NCBI GenBank assembly: GCA_951406725.2
Contig: OX597817.1
Coordinates: 51,708,001 to 51,772,000, forward strand
DNA from: Octopus vulgaris
Lineage: Eukaryota
Reading direction: 5' to 3'
Length of the DNA: 64,000 bases
Shown here: piece by piece, positions 52,686 to 64,000 of the stretch
Layout of the letters: each line of letters starts with the position of its first letter
Position numbering within the stretch: position 1 is the stretch's first letter
Notes under the pieces: model-generated
What the model was told of the DNA's origin: nothing
What the model saw: the letters and a program-made list of their open reading frames with translations, nothing else
The model's database searches: none
Position numbers and translations under genes: made by a program

Positions 52686-53787
52686 TAACTTAGAATAACT
52701 TAGAAAGGTTTTGGCCAGTATTGGCCCAGGCCATGTCTAACTTAATAGCACCACCTGGTGAAGTCTTTCAGTTCAGGATTTGGGCACCAAGGCCCATTCG
52801 AGCAGAGAGTTATTGTTTGCGGAGACATATCCGGGTGTGGGTGGTTTGTCCGGTACTGTTTGAAGGAATTTGTCCAAAGACTTCTTGAATTTTGTGTGGT
52901 CAGTTTCTTTTTTGACGTGCCCTGGTGTAATGTTGAAGAGAGCATGTCCAATTGAGGTGAAATAGTTGTGCCGTATTGTCGTTATGTGATGCGATTTAGA
53001 TTTTTGTTGTGGACGGATGGCACGTGGTCCAAGCTTTGGATGCATTTTGAAGGTGATGCCAACATCATTCGGACAGTGCTGGTGGAATATTTTCCACATC
53101 ATACAGATAATGTAGCGTTCACGGCGTCGTTGGAGTGAATACAATTTCAGCTTCTCTAGTCTACCCCAGTAGTCAAGGTCTGACATGCCATCTATCTTTT
53201 TTGTGATTGACCTTTGGGGAGCTTCAATTCTCATAATATTTTGTTTTGTGTAGGGAGACCACAGTGGACAGCAGTATTCAAGGTGGGGTCGGGCAAAAGT
53301 GGAGAAGAGAAGGATAATAGCGTGGGAATCTCTCGACTGGAAGGTTCTGAGAATCCAGGAACACATTCTGCGGGCCATGTCAACTTTGCTGCTTATATGT
53401 GTAGCCCAGCTTATGTTGTTGTCCACTGTTACTCCCAGGTCTCTGATGTTGTTGGATGCCATGAGAATTTCTCCAGAAGGAAGAGAGTATGGGAGTTTCA
53501 GAGCGTCCTCCCTTCCAAAGTGGATCAGTTCAAATTTGTCTTCATTTAGCAACATGTTATTCTTTTCCGCCCATTGGACAACAGCCAGTAGGTCTGACTG
53601 AAGGTTTATTCGGTCATCCACGCCATTGATGACCTTCTGGAGCTTGGAGTCATCAGCGAAGGTTCTGATGTTACTGTGTTTGATGGTATCAGTAATATCA
53701 TTTATGTAGATGATGAAGAGAAGTGGGCCCAACACAGTGCCTTGTGGGACACCACTGCTGACTTTGGCTGGGCTGGATTTGACTCCA
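52686..53787 (-). mobile_element. 5'-truncated copy of the same LINE
   Basis: Nearly identical to 47686-48787 with scattered substitutions; same 3' end. Confidence 0.95.
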
Positions 53788-53951
53788 TACATATATATGG
53801 ATTTGACTACATACATATATATACATACATATATATGTATACATACATACATATATATATACATACATATATACATATACATACATATATACATACATAT
53901 ATATATATATACATACATACATATATATATACATACATATATATATACATA

Positions 53952-53983
<32 letters not shown>

Positions 53984-54069
53984 GTACATACATATATACA
54001 TACATATATATATACATACATATATACATACATATATATATATACATACATATATACATACATATATAC

Positions 54070-54103
<34 letters not shown>

Positions 54104-54117
54104 GTATATATACATAC

Positions 54118-54156
<39 letters not shown>

Positions 54157-54159
54157 CAT

Positions 54160-54204
<45 letters not shown>

Positions 54205-54548
54205 TACATACATACATATATATATATACACAAATATATACATTCGCGCATATATACAAGCATTCATATACACCAAAACTGATGAATATCATGTTAAAGA
54301 AATGCAGATATATAATTCGAATTAGCAAGATTTACCGAGCATTTATATGATTAGTACAAGACTGACCATATACAGAGAAAATGTGTAACAGTTTCAGGTG
54401 ATTACTAAACATTTCTGCTAATTATTTCGTCGCCCACAGAGAGATGAAGTGTAGCTCGGCTACACCATTGTCTACCATCACTCGCCAACGACTGTGATTT
54501 CGATAATTGTTTTAGGTACCCGAGGTATATCGAACAGACATGGACACG

Positions 54549-54766
54549 GGCGGCGAGCTGGCAGAAACGTTAGCACGCCGGGCGAAATGCGTAGGCGTAT
54601 TTCGTCTGCCGCTACGTTCTGAGTTCAAATTCCGCCGAGGTCGACTTTGCCTTTCATCCTTTCGGGGTCGATTAAATAAGTACCAGTTACGCACTGGGGT
54701 CGATATAATCGACTTAATCCGTTTGTCCTCTCTGTGTTTCGCCCCTTGTGGGTAGTAAAGAAATAG
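54549..54766 (+). mobile_element. SINE family B
   Basis: Full copy. Confidence 0.9.
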
Positions 54767-54769
54767 GTC

Positions 54770-54981
54770 TTTCTACCCTTGACTGTGCCGGATGTGAGAT
54801 CCAGTGAAAGTGAAGGCTGCAGCAGCACACGGCGGGTGCTTATCAGAGTTGGGTGCATTGGGGCAACGTGAAATGAAGTGCATTCCTCAGAAATTGAACC
54901 TTCGAAATGATGACCATGAATGGAATGCCTAAACTGCGTGACTATGCACCGGAAGTGGACTGAACTTATTACATCATATAA
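54770..54981 (-). pseudogene. Candidate exon interrupted or abutted by SINE B
   Basis: tttttcgtgcag|TTA; LYDVISSVHFRCIVTQFRHSIHGHHFEGSISEECTSFHVAPMHPTLISTRRVLLQPSLSLDLTSGTVKG. Confidence 0.3.
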
Positions 54982-55129
54982 CTGCACGAAAAATAACTCC
55001 GAGTCAATTGATATAAATTTACTGGAGGTCATTAAATCGAAAACACCTCCTTCACTTATTCCAGTATTCATTATTATCATTTATTGTTTCCTTTCATTGT
55101 TTTGCTACGCATGCTAAAATTATCACCAA

Positions 55130-55690
55130 ATCTATTTTAGAGGGAGAATGCATTCCGTAGTGCATTCCTCTGTTGTAGTCCTTGATCACAATGTCTGGTC
55201 GATTGGAGTCAATTTGTCTGTCTCTTTGTATTGGGAAGTTCCAAACATTGGTGATGCCCTCGCCATTTAATATTGTTGTTGTTAATGGTTTCTTCTCATT
55301 ATAACTTTATTTCAGCTGCCTTAGTACCAGGCATCCTCCGGAGGTCAAGAGTCGCAAGGGCACTTTTGTTTTGCTATGCATGCTAAAATTATCACTACAT
55401 TTATTGGAGAGTCCTATCCGTACTATATGGGCTGTACCTATCAAGGTTATCTTCTGCAGTTCACGGAGATGGGAGTTACCAGGGAGTTACTTAATATACT
55501 TCTCAGCTCTCTTCTTTATCATTCCCAACGCACCAATTACTACTGGTTTTATCGTAGTACTAAGCTTCCACAATTTTGTGATTTCAATTTGCAGATCTTC
55601 ATAGCGAAAAAGCTTTTCGTGTTCTTTTCTTGGAAAATTTTGATCTTGTGGGACAGATATATATCTATCAACAGACAAAAATGAACATAT
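55130..55690 (-). mobile_element. R4/Dong-like LINE restriction-like endonuclease remnants
   Basis: WNFPIQRDRQIDSNRPDIVIKD and ISVPQDQNFPRKEHEKLFRYEDLQIEITKLWKL...PVVIGALG. Confidence 0.8.
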
Positions 55691-56347
55691 ATATTTGGTG
55701 GCTGAGAGCATTTTATGGAAATTGATTGCCTTCATTTCTTGGTATCTATCGAACGGGAGATACACCTATCCCACCACTGGCTATGGTGCTGGTATATTTC
55801 AAGTAATATTCCCACGCGATCTTCTGTCTAAAATCCCACAGACTCACTGACTCACCGTACATTTATCTGCATCTCTCTAATATCCAATGAAATTACTTGA
55901 AATGAATGGAAACTTCTGCTACAATATTTCTTTCAAGCAGCACAGTTTTTGTTCTAATCTTATACTATGAGAGAGAAGCTGATTCCCGTCTCTGTGACGC
56001 ATTGATATCTATGCAGATGGAGGGAAGAAAAGAGGAATCAAAAAATGAGATGACCCTGTCGCAAGGAATATTTAGAAAGCGGGGTAGAAGAAGAGTAGTA
56101 AGAGGTGTTCTTACTGGATGAGAAATACAGTGTAAGAGTGCAGCGCGCGTCTGTGTGTGTGAAAGACCCACAAACACATAGATAGATATGTAGACAGACA
56201 GAGGAGTGGCTGTGTGGTAAGGAGCTTGCTTCCTAACCACTTCGTTCCGGGTTCAGTCCCACTGCGTGGCAACTTGGGTGTCTCCGGCCGACCAAAACCA
56301 TGGAAGTAGATTTGATAGACGGAAACTCTGTGTGTGTGTGAGTGTGT

Positions 56348-56420
<73 letters not shown>

Positions 56421-56599
56421 CGTGTGTGTGTGAATCCGTGTCCGTGTTCGTCCGTGTCCATGGAGGTCTGGTGGCCATCTGAACATTCGAAAAGAGTATC
56501 ATGCTGATTCGCGCCGGTTATCAAAATGCCGGCATCGTGACTTCAGCTCGATGCTCTGCGGAAACTGAAAAGGCTGTAATGTGTGATATGGGCAGCTGC

Positions 56600-56945
56600 A
56601 ACGGAGACTAGGAAATTGTGGCCAACAGGAAGGGGATGCAGCAAGGGTCCTGGCTGCTCCACGCTACGAAATTCATTTGGAAAAGATCAGAATCGGTTCT
56701 AGGAGAATTTTTACGACTTCACCAACCCCGATTTTTGGCCTCCTAATTCGCCCCGATCATAATCCTATGAATTACTGTCGTGGGTGGGGTGTTAAGAAAT
56801 ACATCAACCGCTCTGCTTGCAACACCAAGGCCGAGCTGGAGACTAAGGTCAATATATTCGAAGGTCTTCCCACTAACACAGTGAGGAACGCGTGCAGCAG
56901 GTCCCGGAGCCATCTTGAGGCCGTGGTGGAATCTGAGGAAACTGT
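56600..56945 (+). mobile_element. Tc1/mariner transposase remnant
   Basis: ENFYDFTNPDFWPPNSP/DHNPMNY...NTKAEL...RNACSRSRSHLEAVVESE. Confidence 0.75.
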
Positions 56946-56974
56946 TATCTCCAAGCCATCGTCTATTTTCTTTT

Positions 56975-57185
56975 ATTTATCTTTTATTTGTTTCAGTCAC
57001 TTGACTGTGGCCATGCTGGAGCACCGCCTTTAGTCGAGCAAATCGACTCCAAGACTTATTCTTTGTAAGCCTAGTACTTATTCACTCGGTCTCTCTTGCC
57101 GAACCGCCAAGTGACATGGGGACGTAAACAAACCAGCATCGGTTGTCAAGTGATGTTGGGGGGAAAAACACCGACACGCAAACAT

Positions 57186-57260
<75 letters not shown>

Positions 57261-57430
57261 TATATACGACGGGCTTTTTTCTGTTTCTGTCTACCAAATC
57301 CACTCACAAAGCTTTGGTCGGCCCGAGGCTATAGTAGAAGACACTTGCCCAAAGTGCCACGCAGTAGGACTGAACCAGGAACCATGTGGATGGTAAGCAA
57401 GCTATTTACCACACAGTCACTCCTACGCCT
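56975..57430 (-). mobile_element. SINE family A
   Basis: Full reverse-complement copy. Confidence 0.9.
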
Positions 57431-57534
57431 ATGTCTAGCTGATTTTTAAAAATATAATCTAAAGTACTTTCATATCGGGATGGGATATTGTGTCTTCATT
57501 CCCTTCCATGCAAACACTGTAAATCAACGTGACA

Positions 57535-57942
57535 CTGGCAGAAACGTTAGCACGCCGGGAGAAATACTTAGCGGTATTTCGTCTGCCGTTACGTTCTGAG
57601 TTCAAATTCCGCCGAGGTCGACTTTGCCTTTCCTCCTTTCGGGGTGGATTGAATAAGTACCAGTTATGCACTGGGGTAGATATAATCGTCTTAATCCGTT
57701 TGTCTGTCCTTGTTTGTCCTCTCTGTGTTTGGCCCCATGTGGTTAGTAAAGAAATAGGTATTTCGTCTGCCGCTACGTTCTGAGTTCAAATTCCGCCGAG
57801 GTCGACTTTGCCTTACATCCTTTCGGGGTCGATTAAGTAAGTACCAGTTACGCACTGAGGTCGATATAATCGACTTAAACCGTTTGTCTGTCCTTGTTTG
57901 TCCCCTCTGTGTTTAGCCCCTTGTGGGTAGTAAAGAAATAGG
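57535..57942 (+). mobile_element. SINE B dimer (second unit headless)
   Basis: Junction GAAATAGGTATTTCGTCTG at about 57751. Confidence 0.9.
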
Positions 57943-58729
57943 TTTTAACGTAGATCATTTCAAAGCAGTAGGTTTTTATCATAGAACCAAGATTGGCTTG
58001 AGGCAATTCGGTATTAAAATGGTACACATCCATTCCTAGCTATGTGGTCACTTCACATCTCCAAAGGCATAGATTAACAACTGTAATACGAGGATAGTTC
58101 CATTTATCGAGAATATTTCCAGCGTGTATCCGTTTACAACACGCGTCTTTCAATCTGTGACAGTTTTATAACAATGGAGCCTGTTTGTATAAGCGCTATG
58201 GCTGCAACCTCTATGCGATTAGCCATATTTAAATAAATATATGTTAATAGCTTAAGAATATACTATTGTCTTACATTGTTCTTCAACATATACGCAGACT
58301 ACTTATTCGTAATTTGATGCAAATGTATAGCAATTATTGCATTTCAAACAGATAATGCTTACGGTGTAAGAGGAAGATGAATAATAGTAGAAGGAGTTTT
58401 ATTCGACAGGGAAGAGAATAAGAAAGAGGAAGAAATAAAGAGGTACATAAAAAGACGGGAACAAATACATATATGCTTCTGTCTTGATCAATACATACAC
58501 ACACACACATATATATATATCAATACAAATGTAGATGGATATGAAAGCAGAAGAATAAGCATAACTGGGCACACTTACGCGTACATATATATGCATGCTC
58601 ATGTATATAAGAATGTATACATTCGCATCTGTATGTTTGTTCTTATATATTTGAGCGGTTATGTGTTTCCATACAGACACATATACTTAAAGGGTCTCAA
58701 ACACAGGTATTTATGAAGAGGCAAATAAT

Positions 58730-58762
<33 letters not shown>

Positions 58763-58825
58763 GAGGGTAGGTAGGCAGACAGGCAGGCAGACAGGCAGGC
58801 AGGCAGGCAGAAAGGCAGGTGGATG

Positions 58826-58899
<74 letters not shown>

Positions 58900-59499
58900 T
58901 CTGGTTGCACGATTATCCAGCTTTAGATTAGTGTAAGTTAATAGCTGATTCAAGAGTTCCTGATGTCTTAAATGCACACACACATACACACATGTATTCA
59001 TAAATGATGTTATAGGTTTGAATGTCTGTCTGTCTGTGCCAAAATTGCATTGAATTTCATCGGTAGACCATAAAACCGTATTCGTTCTTCTTCATTAAAT
59101 GACGAGAAATATGAAGGTATTTTCTAACCTAATGTTACGAACACACAATGGAAATATCTTAATTCGGATCATAAAACTTCATAGCTGAAAGAATTGTTTT
59201 TATGTAGACATCCATGACAGAGTCTTTGCTTATGAAAGACATTAAAAGACACGTAATTATTCGTTCCAGTTTAACAAAAGTGCAATATATTTTTGGAAAC
59301 GAAAAGGATTCTAAAATATGATTGAAATACAAAGCTAAGTCGAATACAAACTATTGAGTAGTTATTTTTTTTCGCCAGCACGTCTTGAAAAACAGATAAA
59401 TGCACGCACACAAACAGAGACAAATGTAAATACAAAAAGATCTATTGACAGTTTTTTCTCTTCTCGCCCTCTCTATATATGGCAATATTATATATTATT

Positions 59500-60125
59500 T
59501 GACGAGCTGGCAGAACCGTTAGCACGCCGGGCGAAATGCGTAGCCGTATTTCGTCTGCCGTTACGTTCTGAGTTCAAATTCCGCCGAGGTCGACTTTGCC
59601 TTTTATCCTTTCGGTGTCGATAAATTAAGTACCAGTTACGCACTGGGATCAATGTAATCGACTTAATCCGTTTGTTTGTCCTTGTTTGTCCTCTCTGTGT
59701 TTAGCCCCTTGTGGGTAGTAAAGAAATAGGTATTTCGTCTGCCGTTACGTTCTCAGTTCAAATTCCGCCGAGGTCGACTTTACCTTTCATCCTTTCGGTG
59801 TCGATAAATTAAGTACCAGTTACGCACTGGGGTCGATGTAATCGACTTAATCCCTTTATCTGTCCTTGTTTGTCCCCTCTATGGCAATGAAGAAATAAGA
59901 GCCGTTAGCAAGCTGGACAAAGAGCTTAGCGGTATTTCGTCCATCTTTACGTTCAGAGTTCAAAATCCGCCATGGTCGACTTAGCCTTTCATTCTTCCTG
60001 AATCGATAAAATAAATAACAACGGAGCACTGAGGTCGAAGAAATGAGTACCAGTTGAGCACAGGGGTTAATGTAATCTACTAACTACCGCTCCTAAAATG
60101 TCAGGTCTACTGCAGATATTAGGAT
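59500..60125 (+). mobile_element. SINE B array nested in an older B-related copy
   Basis: Junction at about 59722; diverged unit 59898-60125. Confidence 0.85.
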
Positions 60126-60395
60126 TATGTGTCATTTGGAACAAAAGTTTCCAATTAAATAAATACCACATTCTGACAGATACTCAAGTTTCTTCTCGCT
60201 ACTATTTTATAAGAAATAAGATATATATATATGTGTGTGTGTGTGTGCTTAGCAATATCAGCGCTATGCATATATATACAAATATATATATATATATAGA
60301 TGCATATATATATGTATATACACCCACACACGCATATATATATATATATAGTAATGGTAAGACAACAAAAGAATGAAAGAGGCCGCGATATTATG

Positions 60396-60476
<81 letters not shown>

Positions 60477-61260
60477 GTGTCTTTGTGTTTGGCCCGGGAC
60501 AAACTCAATGCCACACACATCATACGCCTCACAACCGGTGGTGATTTATTTACGTTCCTGTAAATTAGCAGTTGGGCAAAAAAGACCGATAGGCTTTCAA
60601 ATATTTAGTCTAAAACCCTTTAAAGCAGTGCCCCAGCATGGCCGTAATCCAATGACCGAAACAAGTAAAGGATAAAAGATAGAAGATGACAGATGTAAGA
60701 AAATAAATATCTGGTAAATTTTAGAATAATTACAATGTTGGAGACTGTGAGTTTAAACATTTTCACTGATAAAATTTAAATTATGGCCTTATAGTGTATC
60801 GTCGTAATTAAGTTGTCAAAAGAGCATTGGAGATGAACTGCGAGTTAGATACTATTTATTTAATCTAATATGTGATAGGAATGCTATATGAAACGTACAA
60901 TTTTATTGAATATTACTGGAAAAAACATGTGATTTGGTTACGTATAAGTATGTATATAAGTGAAGTATGATGCAATAAAAAGGAATTTTTTTGTGTGTGT
61001 TAGGCCTAGAGTTGTTTTAATTTAGGCTTAGAGAGTTGGAGAAAGATACAAACAAAAATGTTTTTATTGAATTAGACAAGAAATGAAAGAGATTTCAAAA
61101 TTTTGTAATGTTATTTATGAAAAACATAAAAAAATGTTGCCTATACATACATACATACATACATACATACATACATACATACATACATACATACATACAT
61201 ACATACATACATACATGCGTGTATCTCTGTGTGTGTATGAAAATGTATAAATATATAGAT

Positions 61261-61540
61261 ATACAAATATATCTGTATGTATGTATACATACATATATAC
61301 ATACAAATATATCTGTATGTGTGTATACATACATATATACATACAAATATATCTGTATGTGTGTATACATACATATATACATACAAATATATATGTATGT
61401 GTGTATACATACATATACACATACAATTATATCTGTATGTATGTATACATACATATATACATACAAATATATCTGTATGTGTGTATACATACATATATAC
61501 ATACAAATATATATGTATGTGTATATACATACATATATAC
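61261..61540. repeat. 40-bp minisatellite x7
   Basis: Unit ATACAAATATATCTGTATGTGTGTATACATACATATATAC. Confidence 0.9.
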
Positions 61541-61545
61541 ATCTA

Positions 61546-61741
61546 TACTTGGGGGTGGTGAAAAGTTCCTGAATTTAAGGCCCAACATTCCAAGTTCTTT
61601 TACAGGGCTTATAAAAACTGAAGGACCGCTGCAATAAGCGTGTGAATCTGAGAATGGAGTATGCCGAATAAAATCATAATAAACGGATCGTCCAGTATTT
61701 TCTTTTACTCAAAACCAGGTACTTCTCAGCTGCCACTCGTC
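61546..61741 (+). mobile_element. mariner-derived MITE, second copy
   Basis: Degenerate TIRs; internal RCNKRVNLRMEYAE* resembles a mariner transposase C-terminus. Confidence 0.7.
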
Positions 61742-61815
61742 TAATTGGTGTGTTTGCGTCTTTAACTGAAGAAAAAAACTCAGTTGCGAATATTCAGTGT
61801 ATCGTGTCGTTGTCT

Positions 61816-62207
61816 GTGGAGGCGCAGTGGCCCATTGGTTAGGGCAGCGGACTCGCGGTCATAGGATCGCGGTTTCGATTCCCAGACCGGGCGTTGTGAG
61901 TGTTTATTGAGCGAAAACACCTAAAGCTCCACGAGGCTCCGGCAGGGCGTGGTGGTGATCCCTGCTGTACTCTTTCACCACAACTTTCTCTCACTCTTAC
62001 TTCCCGTTTCCGTTGTACCTGTATTTCAAAGGGCCGGCCTTGTCACTCTCTGTGTCACGCTGAATATCCCCGAGAACTATGTTAAGGGTACACGTGTCTG
62101 TGGAGTGCTCAGCCACTTACACGTTAATTTCACGAGCAGGCTGTTCCGTTGATTCGGATCAACCGGAACCCTCGTCGTCGTAACCGACGGAGTGCTTCCA
62201 TCCATCC
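61816..62207 (+). mobile_element. tRNA-derived SINE family C, full length with 13-bp TSD
   Basis: A/B boxes, TSD CGTGTCGTTGTCT at 61803-61815 and 62208-62220; head also at 32577-32672. Confidence 0.9.
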
Positions 62208-62634
62208 CGTGTCGTTGTCTAATTTCCCGTCCGTTTAGTTTTCGTGCATTCCGTTTTCGTTTAATTTTTCTCCTTGTTGTATTTATTTCACCATTGCACT
62301 CTTTCTGTCCATAGATGAGAACAGACAGAAATCAAATTCAAGATAGCGAGTTTGGTTTACCAACCAATCTTCTTGTCAGGAACAAATGATGGAGTTCAAA
62401 TTCTAACACCTAATTCTTCCCCTATTTCCAATCACACTGATAATGAATACACGTAATTTATATGTTATTATCTTAAGTGGAATTTCAATGTAAGATTCAA
62501 GTATTATTCATATAAGTGTCAAATGGACAATATTAAATGCAAGGAGACTTACTAAGATTATGAAAAAAAATCATATAAAGAAGTCGATATGGGATATTAT
62601 ATTTGCGATGGCTGTTAAGAGAATATATATACAT

Positions 62635-62667
<33 letters not shown>

Positions 62668-62819
62668 AAGCTAAGGGGAAGTTATGATCTAATGAAAACT
62701 TTGAAAATATAATGTAGACACGTAAGTTAGCAGCTACTGTAGTTTTCCAGCTGAATAATTGTGTAAATATCGGTATAATATAGGAATACACCTACATACA
62801 TACACACCATATATATATA

Positions 62820-63091
62820 CTCTTTTACTTGTTTCAGTCATTTGACTGTGGCCATGCTGGAGCACTGCCTTTTAGTCGAGCAATTCGACCCCAGGACTTA
62901 TTCTTTGTAAGCCTAGTACTTATTCTATCGAGGTCTTTTGCCGAACCGCTACGTTACGGCAACCTAAACACACCAGCATCAGTTGTCAAGCGATGTTGGA
63001 GGGACAAACACAGGCACACAAACATATGCACATACATACATACATACATACATACATACATACATACATACATACATACATACATAAATAC

Positions 63092-63125
<34 letters not shown>

Positions 63126-63303
63126 GCATATACATATATACGACGTGCTTCTTTCAGTTTCCGTCCACCAAATCCACTCACAAGGCTTTGGTCGGCCCAA
63201 GCTATAGTAGAAGACACTTGCCCAAGGTTCCACGCAGTGGGACTGAAACCAAAACCATGTGGTTGGTAAGCAAGCTACTTACCACACAATCAATCCTACG
63301 CCT
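62820..63303 (-). mobile_element. SINE family A
   Basis: Full reverse-complement copy. Confidence 0.9.
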
Positions 63304-63811
63304 AGCCACTTACCATAAAGCCATTCCTACGTACATTTATGTATGTATGTATGTATGTATGTATTGATAAGCTTAAATCTATATTAAAAAACAAAACGAA
63401 AGGAAAATGCTTTGAGAATTTGATAAGTTTATCGTGGATAATAGAAAGTATTTATTTTTGAACCAAAATATAAAATATCTCAATGTGTGTGTGTAAGTCA
63501 TACATTTTTATCAAAATATATATACATATATGTAAATGTATATATAGTGTTAAAAATATATGTACGAGTGTATGCATGCTTGTATGTATGTACATACGTA
63601 TGTATGTATGTATTTACATACGTATGTATGTATATATGTATGTATAATGTTAACTTAGATCTAACAGGCCTGTCAAAGAATTAAGTGAATTATTGTACAA
63701 TTCAATTATCTGAGCTTAGTCTCAGCATTATATGTGCTTATGATAAGACGATAGCTCATAGTTTATTCAGAATTTAATTCAAAGGTGGATGTGAGTGTAG
63801 ATAGTGAAAGC

Positions 63812-64000
63812 GCGTGACGGAGTGGTTAGGATGTTACACACATGATCGTAAAATCGTGGTTTCGAGAGGCGGCGAGCTGGCAGAAACGTTAGCACGTCGG
63901 GCGAAATGCTTAGCGATATTTCGTCTGTCTTTACGTCCCGAGTTCAAATTCCGCCGAGGTTGACTTTGCCTTTCATCCTTTCAGAGTCGATAAATTAAGT
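63812..64000 (+). mobile_element. SINE D head with SINE B inserted after its B box
   Basis: ...ATCGTGGTTTCGAGA|GGCGGCGAGCTGG; runs off the window. Confidence 0.8.

Noticed and set aside
52773-54263. 496-aa ORF as a distinct gene
   Set aside because: Chance in-frame join of microsatellite with the truncated LINE C-terminus.

Overview
AT-rich, microsatellite-dense eukaryotic DNA. The repeat repertoire suggests an octopus or other cephalopod (inference). No intact host gene is recognisable, and most ORF-track entries are microsatellite translations. Main content: (1) an apparently intact single-ORF CR1/L2-group LINE (47.7-52.4 kb, minus; Myb/SANT-like + polyQ + 2 CCCH fingers + APE endonuclease + RT) with a 5'-truncated tandem copy; (2) a 5'-truncated Penelope-like element (RT + GIY-YIG), a second GIY-YIG remnant and many Penelope-type terminal fragments forming snap-back palindromes beside (TA)n; (3) about 15 minimal type I hammerhead ribozyme motifs from about 8 unrelated families, most with a family-specific palindromic helix III. 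These include a 491-nt tandem dimer (retrozyme-like), a tRNA/Pol III-headed hammerhead element in two copies, and U3-A8 and U4C core variants; (4) four tRNA-derived SINE families, R4/Dong-like LINE remnants, Tc1/mariner remnants and MITEs, and a non-autonomous Helitron; (5) scattered minus-strand exon-like segments that may be a decayed EGF/FN3-like gene. All calls are from reading by eye; no searches or folding were run.
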